The notes below the pieces were generated by a model. It was not told the origin of the DNA. It saw only the letters and a program-made list of their open reading frames with translations, and ran no database searches. From contig CAVWFR010000040.1 in the NCBI GenBank assembly GCA_963754305.1, positions 220,584 through 284,583 of the forward strand: a stretch of 64,000 nucleotides of DNA. Reading direction: 5' to 3'. This DNA comes from an uncultured beta proteobacterium (GTDB taxonomy: Bacteria; Pseudomonadota; Gammaproteobacteria; Burkholderiales; SG8-39). This document shows positions 9,920-18,480 of this stretch, one piece after another. Each line of letters starts with the position of its first letter. Position 1 is the stretch's first letter. The position numbers and the translations under genes are program-made.

Positions 9920-10873
9920 ATGTTCCGCCGTCTCGTCGCCGCCTGCCTCGGCGTGGTCGCAGTGGCCTCCCACGCGCAGACCTATCCCGACAAGCCGATC
10001 CACTTCATCGTGCCGTTCGCCGCCGGCAGCGCCACCGATCAGCTCGCGCGCGCGATCGGCGGCGGCGTCACCGAGCAGACGAAGCAGCCGGTCGTGGTCG
10101 AGAACAAGCCGGGCGCGAACGGTTTCATCGCCGCCGAGTTCGTGAAGAAGGCGGCGCCCGACGGGTACACCGTCCTCATCTCCACCAACACCACGCACGC
10201 CGCCAACGAGCACCTCTTCAAGAAGCTGCCCTACGACCCGGTCAAGGACTTCACGCCGGTCACGGCGCTCGGGCGCGGCGGGCAGGTCCTGGTCGTCGGC
10301 CCGAAGTTCCCGGCCAAGAGCGTCCAGGAGTTGATCGACATTGCAAAGAAGCAGCCGGGCAAGGTGACCTTCGGCAGCGGCAGCTCGTCGAGCCGCGTCG
10401 CCGGCGAGCTGTTCCAGCAGATGGCCGGGGTGCAGCTCCTGCACGTCCCCTACAAGAGCAACCCGCTCGCGATCAACGATCTCCTCGGCGGGCAGATCGA
10501 CATGATGATCACCGATACCGCGACCGGGCTGCCGCAGGTGAAAGCCGGGAAGCTGCGCGCGCTCGGGATGTCGAGCCGCAAGCGCTCGCCGCTCGCGCCC
10601 GAAGTGCCGACGATCGACGAGGCCGGCGTCAAGGGCTACGAGATGACGTTCTGGTTCGCGGCCTATCTCCCCGCGGGCGCGCCGGCGCCGATCGTCAAGC
10701 GGCTGCAGGAGCTGCTCGTGGGCGCGACGAAGAGCCCCGCGGCGCAGAACTTCTACGCCACCACCGGCATCGATGCGTTCACCACCGCGCCGGACGAGCT
10801 GGCGAAGTTCCAGGCCGCCGAGTCGCAGAAATGGGGCCGCGTCATCAAGGCCGCGGCGATCGAGCCCGAGTGA
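9920..10873 (+). CDS. Bug-family (TctC-like) tripartite tricarboxylate transporter substrate-binding protein
   Basis: ORF 9896..10873. I prefer the ATG at 9920, which has AGGAGG at 9907-9915 and the signal peptide MFRRLVAACLGVVAVASHA/QTYPDKPI. Bug motifs VPFAAGSATD and ENKPGANG are present. Confidence 0.9.
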   Translation: MFRRLVAACLGVVAVASHAQTYPDKPIHFIVPFAAGSATDQLARAIGGGVTEQTKQPVVVENKPGANGFIAAEFVKKAAPDGYTVLISTNTTHAANEHLFKKLPYDPVKDFTPVTALGRGGQVLVVGPKFPAKSVQELIDIAKKQPGKVTFGSGSSSSRVAGELFQQMAGVQLLHVPYKSNPLAINDLLGGQIDMMITDTATGLPQVKAGKLRALGMSSRKRSPLAPEVPTIDEAGVKGYEMTFWFAAYLPAGAPAPIVKRLQELLVGATKSPAAQNFYATTGIDAFTTAPDELAKFQAAESQKWGRVIKAAAIEPE

Positions 10874-10943
10874 GCGCGAGCGCGAGCATAACCGCGCCGA
10901 TTAACGTCCGAGCGAAATTGCCGGCGAACGCCGGCGATGACGG

Positions 10944-11765
10944 TTAAAGCGCGCCTCCCACCTCGATCTCGCGCCGGAACCGCGGCAGGTACTCGAGCCC
11001 GGCGATCGCCCGCGAGCCGTACCACGACGTCATCTCGCCGTCGATCAGCGCCACCCGCTTGCCGGTCAATGCCGGCAGCGCCGCAAGCTCCGCGACGTGC
11101 CGCGCGCGGAACATGTACGGCTCGCTGGAGGCGAGCACGACTTCGGCGGCCGCGACCGCCGGCGCGTCGAGCGAGATCTCCGGATAGCGGGCGGCGGAGT
11201 GCTCGGGCACCGTCTCCCAACCCACGACGGCAAGCGTGCGAGCGATGTAAGTGTCGCGCGCGACGGTCATCCACGGGTCGCGCCAGATGAGGTAGAGCAC
11301 GCGCCGCGTCACGAACGCCGCAGCCGCGCGCTCGGCGGCGGCGTAGGCGGTCTCGAAGCGCGAGCAGAGCGCCTCCGCCTCGCGCTCACGGCCGAAGATG
11401 CCGCCGAGGAGGCGATAGAGAGCGAGATTGTCGCGCGGGCCGAGCGGATGCGTCACGATCACGTTGGGGACGAAGCGCCGGATTGCCTCGGCCGTGTCCT
11501 TGCGGTTCTCGTCGATGTTGACGATGACGTGCGTGGGTCGAAGTACCCGCACGGCGTCCAGGTCGACGTCCTTCGTCCCGCCCACCTTGGGAATGCCTTT
11601 CAGTGTCGCGCGCGGGTGGATGCAGAAACCGGTCCGGCCGACGAGATTCCCGGCGAGGCCGAGGCCGCAGACGAGCTCGGTGACGCTGGGGACGAGCGAG
11701 ACGATCCGGGCGCCGCTGCCGGCGCTCGCGTGCGCGGTGCCCAGAGAGTCGACGAGAACGGTCAG
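10944..11765 (-). CDS. BtuF-like / helical-backbone metal receptor family protein (start unresolved)
   Basis: ORF 10944..11999. The conserved part starts at RIVSLVPSVTELVCGLGLAGNLVGRTGFCIHP. Upstream in frame lies only arginine-rich sequence overlapping the SDR gene. There is no ATG/GTG/TTG between the SDR stop (11762) and the conserved core, only a CTG at 11765. Confidence 0.6.
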   Translation of the reverse strand: MTVLVDSLGTAHASAGSGARIVSLVPSVTELVCGLGLAGNLVGRTGFCIHPRATLKGIPKVGGTKDVDLDAVRVLRPTHVIVNIDENRKDTAEAIRRFVPNVIVTHPLGPRDNLALYRLLGGIFGREREAEALCSRFETAYAAAERAAAAFVTRRVLYLIWRDPWMTVARDTYIARTLAVVGWETVPEHSAARYPEISLDAPAVAAAEVVLASSEPYMFRARHVAELAALPALTGKRVALIDGEMTSWYGSRAIAGLEYLPRFRREIEVGGAL

Positions 11766-12529
11766 AGCGGCAGGTTCCGGGGCTTGCGCCCGGCGCGCGC
11801 GGCGAGCGCGTCGTACAGCGCATTCGGCAGGAGCCGCATCGCGTGCCCGACGAGCGACATCTGCCACGGCACCACGACGAACGAGCGTCGCGCCTCGATC
11901 GCGCGCGCGATCCGCCGCGCTGCGTCGTCGGCGCCGAGCAGGAACGGCATCCGGTAGCGGTTGACGCGCGTCATCGGCGTGTCGATGTAGCCGGGACACA
12001 CCGTCACGACGGCGACGCCCGAGCCCGCGAGCTCCACGCGCAGGCTCTCGAGCCAGTTGATCGCCGCCGCCTTCGACGCCGAGTAAGCGCCGGCGCCCGG
12101 CAGCCCGCGGAAGCCCGCGACGCTGGCGATCCCGGCGAGGATGCCGCTCCCCCGCTCGCGCATGGGTGCGACGAACGGGGCGAGCGTCGCGGCGAGCCCG
12201 AGCACGTTGGTGCGGAGCACCCGCTCGACGGCTGGCAGGTCCTCGGTCGCTTCACCGAGCGTACCGACCGAGATGCCCGCGTTCGCGATCACGATATCCG
12301 GGACGCCGTGCCGGGCTACGAAATCGTCGGCCGCGGCGCGCATCGCCGCGAAGTCCGCGACGTCGGCAGAGTAGAGGGCGAAAGTCGCCGGCAGCTTGGC
12401 GCCCAGGGCGTCGAGCGCCGCCTGGTGGCGGGCGACCAGGCCGAGCGACGCGCCCTCGGCGGCGTAGTGCGCCGCCAGCGCGGCGCCCACGCCGCTCGAT
12501 GCGCCGGTGATGAAGATGCGGCGGGGCAC
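11762..12529 (-). CDS. SDR-family NAD(P)-dependent oxidoreductase
   Basis: 255-aa ORF with the cofactor motif ITGASSGVGAAL and the catalytic YSASKAA, plus NAGI. Confidence 0.9.
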   Translation of the reverse strand: MPRRIFITGASSGVGAALAAHYAAEGASLGLVARHQAALDALGAKLPATFALYSADVADFAAMRAAADDFVARHGVPDIVIANAGISVGTLGEATEDLPAVERVLRTNVLGLAATLAPFVAPMRERGSGILAGIASVAGFRGLPGAGAYSASKAAAINWLESLRVELAGSGVAVVTVCPGYIDTPMTRVNRYRMPFLLGADDAARRIARAIEARRSFVVVPWQMSLVGHAMRLLPNALYDALAARAGRKPRNLPL

Positions 12530-12577
12530 CGGCTGGTCCCGCCCCTCGCTGTCCCCGCGGGCGGGACTCGGGGACGG

Positions 12578-13240
12578 CTATTTCTTGGCCGGGGCGGCGG
12601 CGGGGGCGCCGTCCGCCGCCAGCTGCTTGCGCGAATCGGCGATCACCGAGTCGGTGATGGCGAGCATGCGCTCTTCGGTGCCGCCCGCGCCGGCACCGAC
12701 GACGTACCGCCCATTCACCATCAGCGCCGGCACGCCATCGATCTTCGACCCCATGACCACGCTGTGCGCGCGCTTGAGACGGCTCTCGACCGCGAACGAC
12801 TTGAGCGTCGCGCTGAACTTGGCGACGTCGACGCCCTGGCGCTGCAGCCAGTCCGTGAGCTGGCGCTCGTCCGTTATCCGCAGGCGGTCCTTGTGGATCG
12901 CGTCCATGAGCGGCCGGTGGAGCTTGTCGATGAGACCCATCGCCTCGAGCGCGTAGTACACCCGCGCGGACAGGTTCCAGCGGTCGTTGAACGTGGCCGG
13001 CACCCGCTTGAACTCGACGTCCTTCGGCAGCTTCTTGACCCAGGCCTCCAGGTAGGGCTCGAGCGCGAAGCAGTGCGGGCACTCGTACCAGAAGAACTCC
13101 ACCACCTCGATCCGGCCCTTGGTGTCGGTCGGGAGCGGCGGGTTGATCTCGGTGACGCCCGGCATTTGCTGGGCCGCCGCCGGGGCGAAGGGCAGGGCTG
13201 CCGCCGCGAGGAGGAGGGTGGCGAGGAGGCGTCGGATCAT
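12578..13240 (-). CDS. dsbA: thiol:disulfide interchange protein DsbA
   Basis: ORF 12578..13291. I prefer the ATG at 13240 (MIRRLLATLLLAAAALPFAPAAAQ signal peptide). The CPHC active site lies in FFWYECPHCFALEP. Confidence 0.9.
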   Translation of the reverse strand: MIRRLLATLLLAAAALPFAPAAAQQMPGVTEINPPLPTDTKGRIEVVEFFWYECPHCFALEPYLEAWVKKLPKDVEFKRVPATFNDRWNLSARVYYALEAMGLIDKLHRPLMDAIHKDRLRITDERQLTDWLQRQGVDVAKFSATLKSFAVESRLKRAHSVVMGSKIDGVPALMVNGRYVVGAGAGGTEERMLAITDSVIADSRKQLAADGAPAAAPAKK

Positions 13241-13253
13241 GTTGAGCTTTCGG

Positions 13254-13841
13254 TTAATTCTTGATTCTGACCAGCGAAGCGTCGACGCCATTCTGCGCGA
13301 GCGTCGAGCGAACGCGATTTATTTCGTCCAGCTCGGTAAACGGACCGAGCCGCACGCGATACCAGGTGCCCTTGTCGGGCAGGGTCGCCGGCTCGACGCT
13401 CGCCATCAAACCGGTTAACGCGAGACGCGCCTTCAGGTTGTCCGCGTCGGCCGGGTTCTGGAATGCACCTGCCTGGACGAAGTACACGTCTTTCGAGGCC
13501 CCCGACTTGTCGGGCACCTTGGCCGCCGCCCGCAGCTCCTTCTCCGTGACCGGGACTTCCTGGCCGGGGAGGATGCGGTAGAAGTCGAACCGCGGCTTCG
13601 CCGCCTCGCCGCTCTTCGATTCGGCCGAGCGCACCGTCTCGGCGAGCTGGCGGTCGGCCTGCGGCGGGGAGCTGCGCGCCTTGTCGGCGCGGGTGACGAA
13701 CGGCACCGGCGCATTCGTCATGTAGAGCGCGACGCCGGCCGCGATCGCCAGTCCGAGGGCGAGGCCGATGAAGACCCCGATCAGCGTGCCGCCCGAGGTG
13801 CGCCGCTTGGTGTCCCGCGCGCGCGGCTTGTAGTCCCTCAC
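13254..13841 (-). CDS. SPOR domain-containing protein (FtsN/DedD-like)
   Basis: 195 aa with an N-terminal TM segment, a low-complexity linker and a C-terminal SPOR domain (VYFVQAGAFQNPADADNLKARL...YRVRLGPF). Confidence 0.85.
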   Translation of the reverse strand: MRDYKPRARDTKRRTSGGTLIGVFIGLALGLAIAAGVALYMTNAPVPFVTRADKARSSPPQADRQLAETVRSAESKSGEAAKPRFDFYRILPGQEVPVTEKELRAAAKVPDKSGASKDVYFVQAGAFQNPADADNLKARLALTGLMASVEPATLPDKGTWYRVRLGPFTELDEINRVRSTLAQNGVDASLVRIKN

Positions 13842-13896
13842 GCCGGAGAGTCCTCCCGCGCGCGTTCCGTGTCCGATCCGTCGTCGATGGCCTCGA

Positions 13897-15552
13897 TCAC
13901 ATTCTCTCCGGCGCGCTTACGCCCAGCACCCCGAGTCCGTTCGCGATCACCTGCCGCACCGCCCGCGACAGCGCGAGCCGCGCGCGGCGCTCGCTCGCCT
14001 CGGGGACGAGCACGCGGACCGAATTATAGTAACTGTGGAACTCGCCGGCCAATTCGCGCAAATAGAACGCCAGCTGGTGCGGCGCGAGATCGTCCGCCGC
14101 GGCCGCCAGCACGTCCGGGAAGTCCGCGAGCCGCGCGGCGAGCGCCAGCTCGCGCGGATCGTCGAGCGCCGCGAGCTCCGGGCCCGCGGGCGCGCCGGCG
14201 TCGGCCTCGTCGGGGTACGCGCTCCGCCACTGCTCGAACATTCGGCACACGCGCGCGTGCGCGTACTGGACGTAGTAGACCGGGTTCTCCTCCGACTGCG
14301 ATTGCGCCAGGTCGACGTCGAAGACGAACTCCGTGTCGGCCTTGCGCGAGACGAGAAAGAACCGCACCGCGTCCCGCCCGACCTCGTCGATCAGGTCGCG
14401 CAGGGTGACGTAGGTGCCGGCGCGCTTGGAGATCTTCACCTCCTCGCCGCCCTTCATCACCGTGACCATTTTGTGCAGGACGTACTCGGGGTAGCCGGCC
14501 GGGATCCCCAGGTCCGCCGCTTGCAGACCGACGCGCACGCGGGTCACGGTGCTGTGATGGTCCATTCCCTGCACGTTGATCACCTTCTCGAAGCCGCGCT
14601 CCCACTTCGTGATGTGATAAGCGACGTCGGGGACGAAGTAGGTGTAGCCACCATCGGACTTCCGCATCACGCGGTCTTTATCGTCGCCGAAGTCGGTGGT
14701 GCGGAGCCACAGCGCGCCGTCGCGCTCGTAGGTCCGACCCGAATCGGTGAGCCGCTTGACCGCACGCTCCACGCGCCCGTCGGTGTAGAGCGAGCTTTCG
14801 AGATAGTAGTTGTCGAACTTCACGCCGAACGCGCGCAGATCCTCGTCCTGCTCGCGGCGTAGCGCCGCGACGGCGAACTTGCGGATCCGGTCGAGGTCGC
14901 CGAGGTCGTGGCCGACCTCATCGAGGTAGCGTTGCGCGATTTCCCGGATGTACTCGCCGCGGTAGCCGTCCTCGGGGAAGGTGTGGGGCTCGCCGGCGAG
15001 CTCCTGCGCGCGGGCGCGCACCGAGAGGGCGAGATTCTCGATCTGCTGCCCGGCGTCGTTGTAGTAGAACTCGCGCGTGACGCGCGCGCCCTGCGATTCG
15101 AGCAGGCTCGCGATCGCGTCGCCGAGCGCGGCCTGGCGGCCGTGGCCGACGTGCAGCGGCCCGGTCGGATTCGCCGAGACGAACTCGACCATCACGCGCC
15201 GGCCGGCACCGCGGGCGGACCGGCCGTAGGCATCGCCTGCCTCCAGGATCGTCCGCACGATGCCCTGCTTCGCCGCCGGCTTGAGGCGGAAGTTGATGAA
15301 CCCCGGGCCGGCGATCTCGGGCCGATCGATCCACTCGGAGTCGGGTAGCGCCGCGACCAGAGCTTCGGCGAGCTGGCGCGGCGGGCGCTTGAGCGCGCGC
15401 GCGAGTTGCATCGCCGCATTGGTCGCGTAGTCGCCGTGGGCGGGATCGCGCGGACGCTCGAGCACGATCGCGCCCGGCGGCTCATTCGGCGCGACGGCGG
15501 CGAGGGCGCGAGTGACGAGATCGGTGAGGTGAGCGCGAACTGCGGCGGACAT
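13897..15552 (-). CDS. argS: arginine--tRNA ligase
   Basis: ORF 13897..15657. I prefer the ATG at 15552 ([12 protein letters not shown]...), because the upstream extension is made of a REP-like repeat. Class I motifs are [14 protein letters not shown] and the MSKRAG-like ISKRAGTYV. Confidence 0.95.
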   Translation of the reverse strand: MSAAVRAHLTDLVTRALAAVAPNEPPGAIVLERPRDPAHGDYATNAAMQLARALKRPPRQLAEALVAALPDSEWIDRPEIAGPGFINFRLKPAAKQGIVRTILEAGDAYGRSARGAGRRVMVEFVSANPTGPLHVGHGRQAALGDAIASLLESQGARVTREFYYNDAGQQIENLALSVRARAQELAGEPHTFPEDGYRGEYIREIAQRYLDEVGHDLGDLDRIRKFAVAALRREQDEDLRAFGVKFDNYYLESSLYTDGRVERAVKRLTDSGRTYERDGALWLRTTDFGDDKDRVMRKSDGGYTYFVPDVAYHITKWERGFEKVINVQGMDHHSTVTRVRVGLQAADLGIPAGYPEYVLHKMVTVMKGGEEVKISKRAGTYVTLRDLIDEVGRDAVRFFLVSRKADTEFVFDVDLAQSQSEENPVYYVQYAHARVCRMFEQWRSAYPDEADAGAPAGPELAALDDPRELALAARLADFPDVLAAAADDLAPHQLAFYLRELAGEFHSYYNSVRVLVPEASERRARLALSRAVRQVIANGLGVLGVSAPERM

Positions 15553-15604
15553 TGCCCGAGGCCGGGGCGAAGCGGCCGCGGATTGTACCCTTGGAAGAGG
15601 GGTG

Positions 15605-15650
15605 GTGCCCCCGGTGAAGGGGCGTATGCGCTGAAAACGAAGCTGGGGGT
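15605..15650 (-). repeat. REP-like intergenic repeat, copy D
   Basis: The reverse complement caaacccccagcttcgttttcagcgcatacgccccttcaccgggggc aligns along its length with copy A (50196). Confidence 0.65.
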
Positions 15651-15671
15651 TTGTCAACGCCCCTGACTGCT

Positions 15672-15712
15672 CGGCTCGCCGGCGCTCGCCGCCCCCCTTG
15701 ACAGGGGGCGGT
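15672..15712 (+). repeat. REP-like partial repeat, copy D2 (inverted relative to D)
   Basis: gcgctcgccgccccccttgacagggggcggtggcggtag matches the right half of the family (gctcg..CCCCTTGAC.GGGG) and is followed by GTAG. Confidence 0.5.
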
Positions 15713-15735
15713 GGCGGTAGGAAGTAGGGAGAGGA

Positions 15736-16274
15736 CTAGTGGCTCGCGGCCTGGATCGCGGGCTTTGTCGCGGCGACGGACCGACGCGGGCTTCCCGCTG
15801 GCGATCGTGCCGACATCGCCGGTCAGCTCGCCGCCGTCCTCGATGACGATCTTGCCGTAATGGATCTTCCCCGCGACCCGGCCGCTCGGGATGGATGATC
15901 AGCGCCTTGCGGGCGGTCATCTCGCCGTCGAAGCGGCCGCGAATCTCGGCGATGTCGACGCCGACGGTGCCGTGGAACGAGCCGCCTTCCGCGATCTGGA
16001 TCACGCGCGCATCCATCGATGCCTCGACTCTGCCCTCGACCACGAGCGTGTCGCAGTCGGTGATCTCGGCGCCCTTCAGCTTGATGTCCGGCCCGACGAT
16101 GAGCCGGCTACCCTTCGGTTCCTCGACCTTCGGCTTCGGCACCTCCACCGCTTCCTGACGCGGCGGCTCGACGCGCTGCGGCTCGGGCGCCGGCGCGGGC
16201 GCGGACGGCTCGAGCCCGCGCGGGTCGCGGCGATAACGTTCGTTCTGTCCAAACAACCCCTGCTTATTGAGCAT
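15736..16274 (-). pseudogene. bactofilin-family cytoskeletal protein, frame-broken (two +1 switches)
   Basis: ORF 15654..16274 begins with MLNKQGLFG...SRLIVGPDIKLKGAEITDCDTLVVEGRVEASMDARVIQIAEGGSFHGTVGVDIAEIRGRFDGEMTARKALIIHP. The beta-helix repeat continues only in the next frame (SGRVAGKIHYGKIVIEDGGELTGDVGTIASGKPAS) after catCCCgag at about 15888. A second switch at about 15790 gives a natural tail ...VAATKPAIQAASH* with TAG at 15738-15736. Confidence 0.6.
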
Positions 16275-16463
16275 GATCCCTCCTTATCTAGGTCCGAAGA
16301 CTGCATCGAGCAAGGCACGTGCCACGCGCTCTCACGGGGGGACGTATACACCATTTGTCACCGGAGGGCGACAGTAGCCGTTCCCCGTTTGCCAACCCGC
16401 TGTTTCGGGGGCAAACTCGGTGTCGCCCGCTCACGACAGCCAAGCGCTATTTCGGTCCGGTCC

Positions 16464-16973
16464 ATGCTTCCCTCGAACGTCACCGTGCGCCTTGCCACGC
16501 TCGCCGACGCCGCCGAGATCGCGGACCTGTCGCGGGCGCTGATCGAGACCGGTCTGGGCTGGAGCTGGACGCGCGCGCGGGTCGCGCGGAACATCACCTC
16601 GCCCGCCACCACGACCATCGCGGCGTGCGACGCCGAGCGCCTGATCGCGTTCGCGATCATGTATTTCGGCGACGAGCACGGACATCTCAACCTGCTCGCG
16701 GTGCGTCCGGCGTATCAGCGCTCGGGGGTGGGGCGTCACCTCGTCGAGTGGCTGGAAGCGTCCGCGCTGGCGGCGGGGATCTGCGCGATTCGTCTCGAGC
16801 TGCGTGCCTCCAACCGGGCCGGGCGCCGCTTCTACGAGCGCCTGGGGTTTACCGAGGTCGGCCGCGTGCCGGAGTATTACAGCGGGGTCGAGACGGCGGT
16901 GCGGATGGCGCGCGACATCCGGCGTGCCGCGACTGCGCAGGTGCCGGACTGGCGGCGTCTGCTGCGCGGTTGA
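16464..16973 (+). CDS. GNAT-family N-acetyltransferase (RimI-like)
   Basis: ATG at 16464 inside ORF 15891..16973. Acetyl-CoA motif LLAVRPAYQRSGVGRHLV...RFYERLGF. Confidence 0.85.
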   Translation: MLPSNVTVRLATLADAAEIADLSRALIETGLGWSWTRARVARNITSPATTTIAACDAERLIAFAIMYFGDEHGHLNLLAVRPAYQRSGVGRHLVEWLEASALAAGICAIRLELRASNRAGRRFYERLGFTEVGRVPEYYSGVETAVRMARDIRRAATAQVPDWRRLLRG

Positions 16974-16988
16974 GCCGCCGACGCCGGC

Positions 16989-17279
16989 TCACGGTGCGCG
17001 CCGGCGCCGCAGCCGGATCGCACCCCTTATTTCGCCGCGCGGGTCGAGAACGCGGCCGCGCCGCGTGATCTCGATCGCGCCGGCCCGCACGAGCGCCAGC
17101 GCCGATGCCCGCACCTCCGGCATCAGCGCGCGCCAGCCCGAAGGGCACGACGCGCGCGCGACCTCGGACGGGCAGATCGAAGCGTCCGGCGAGCGCGCAT
17201 CGAGCAAGCTCAGGATGCGCTGCTCGAAGGCATCTTCGACCATCGCGCCGAGGTTAGCGGACGCCTGAGCGTCGCGCAC
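16989..17279 (-). CDS. DUF3253-like small protein
   Basis: 96-aa ORF. The pattern ICPSEVAR...WRALMPEVRASALALVRAGAIEITRRGRVLDP is recalled as the DUF3253 pattern. The start may be the internal ATG at 17243. Confidence 0.6.
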   Translation of the reverse strand: MRDAQASANLGAMVEDAFEQRILSLLDARSPDASICPSEVARASCPSGWRALMPEVRASALALVRAGAIEITRRGRVLDPRGEIRGAIRLRRRRAP

Positions 17280-17399
17280 TCCCAGCGAGCGAGCCGCCGG
17301 CGCGAGCGCCGTTTCGCCTGAGCTCGGGAGCGCGAGGGAAGGTCGCCCCCTCGAATCGTGAACACTCTAGAATCCGGCCGTCAATCCAAGGGAGGCTCG

Positions 17400-17525
17400 A
17401 TGGGCAAAGGCGACAGGCGCACCACGCGCGGCAAGCTCTTCGCCGGGTCACACGGCAAGACGCGATCGAAGAAGAGCAACAAATCCGCGGAGACGACGAA
17501 AAAGAACAAGAAGAAGCGGCGCTGA
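17400..17525 (+). CDS. 30S ribosomal protein bTHX (41 aa)
   Basis: Below the ORF-track size cutoff. GGAGG at 17391-17395 is followed by an ATG at 17400. Translation MGKGDRRTTRGKLFAGSHGKTRSKKSNKSAETTKKNKKKRR* has the MGKGDRRT.RGK N-terminus typical of THX. Confidence 0.7.
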   Translation: MGKGDRRTTRGKLFAGSHGKTRSKKSNKSAETTKKNKKKRR

Positions 17526-17537
17526 AGGAGCGGTGCG

Positions 17538-18017
17538 ATGTCGATCGCTGAGCGGTTGCGGGCGCTCGCCCTCGTGCTGCCCGCACCGACGACACCGCCG
17601 CCCGGCGCCAAGCTGCCGTTTGCGTGGGTGCGCGTGATCGGCGATCGCGCGCTGGTTTCGGGACACGGCCCCACCAATCCCGACGGCACGCTCGCGCTGC
17701 CCCTCGGCAAGGTCGGCGCGGAGGTCACGCTCGACCAGGGCTACGCGGCGGCCCGCCTCACCGCGCTCGCGATGCTCGCCAGCCTGCAGCGCGAGCTCGG
17801 CGATCTGGAGCGCGTGGAGCGTTGGGTGCGCGCGTTCGGAATGGTCAATGCGGCCCCCGGCTTCGATCGCTACCCCGCGGTCATCAACGGGTTCTCCGAT
17901 CTGATCCTCGAGCTATGGGGGCCGGAACGCGGCCAGCACGCGCGGAGCGCAGTCGGGATGGCCGGCCTGCCGTTCGGAATTCCGGTGGAGATCGAGGCCG
18001 AGGTGACGCTGCGTTAG
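17538..18017 (+). CDS. RidA/YjgF-family protein
   Basis: 159-aa ORF of RidA-like length. C-terminal pattern RSAVGMAGLPFGIPVEIEAEV. Confidence 0.8.
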   Translation: MSIAERLRALALVLPAPTTPPPGAKLPFAWVRVIGDRALVSGHGPTNPDGTLALPLGKVGAEVTLDQGYAAARLTALAMLASLQRELGDLERVERWVRAFGMVNAAPGFDRYPAVINGFSDLILELWGPERGQHARSAVGMAGLPFGIPVEIEAEVTLR

Positions 18018-18475
18018 CCTTCCTTGCCCCAGCGCTGCCGCAGGGCCACGCACTCCGCCTGCCGCACACCGGTCGCGAGCGCTGGGCCGCCGCCCATCAG
18101 CGCGGCGAACGTTTCCATGCTGTAGGTGCCGAGATCGGTGCGAGCGAGATCGGCGTGCCGCGCGCCGAGCACCACCCGTCCGACGCCCGCGATCTTCACC
18201 GCCCAGGCGCACATCGGGCAGCACTCCATCGTGCTGTAGAGGACCGTGCCGGAAAGGTCGACGGTGCCGAGGTTCCGGAACGCCGCGCGCAGCGCCTCCA
18301 TCTCCGCGTGGCAGGAAAGGTCGTTCCGGGTGTTCTGACGGTTCTGGCCGGTGGCCACGGCGGCACCGTCCTTCACCAGCACCGCCGCCACCGGCCAGTC
18401 GCCGCGGCGGTATGCTTCGTCCGCTTCCTTCAACGCGCGATCCATCCACTGCTCGTCGGTCATCGATCCCTCCAT
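18014..18475 (-). CDS. CDA-fold nucleoside/nucleobase deaminase (zinc-dependent)
   Basis: 153 aa. Zinc motifs CHAEMEAL and ECCPMCAWA. The N-terminus is TadA/guanine-deaminase-like (MDRALKEADEAYRRGDWPVAAVLV). Confidence 0.85.
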   Translation of the reverse strand: MEGSMTDEQWMDRALKEADEAYRRGDWPVAAVLVKDGAAVATGQNRQNTRNDLSCHAEMEALRAAFRNLGTVDLSGTVLYSTMECCPMCAWAVKIAGVGRVVLGARHADLARTDLGTYSMETFAALMGGGPALATGVRQAECVALRQRWGKEG

Positions 18476-18480
18476 TCGCG

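Noticed and set aside
17290-17390. Possible additional REP-like copy upstream of the bTHX gene
   Set aside because: It has only weak, gapped resemblance (cgccgtttcgc ... gtcgccccctcgaatcg) to the family consensus, which is not convincing by eye.
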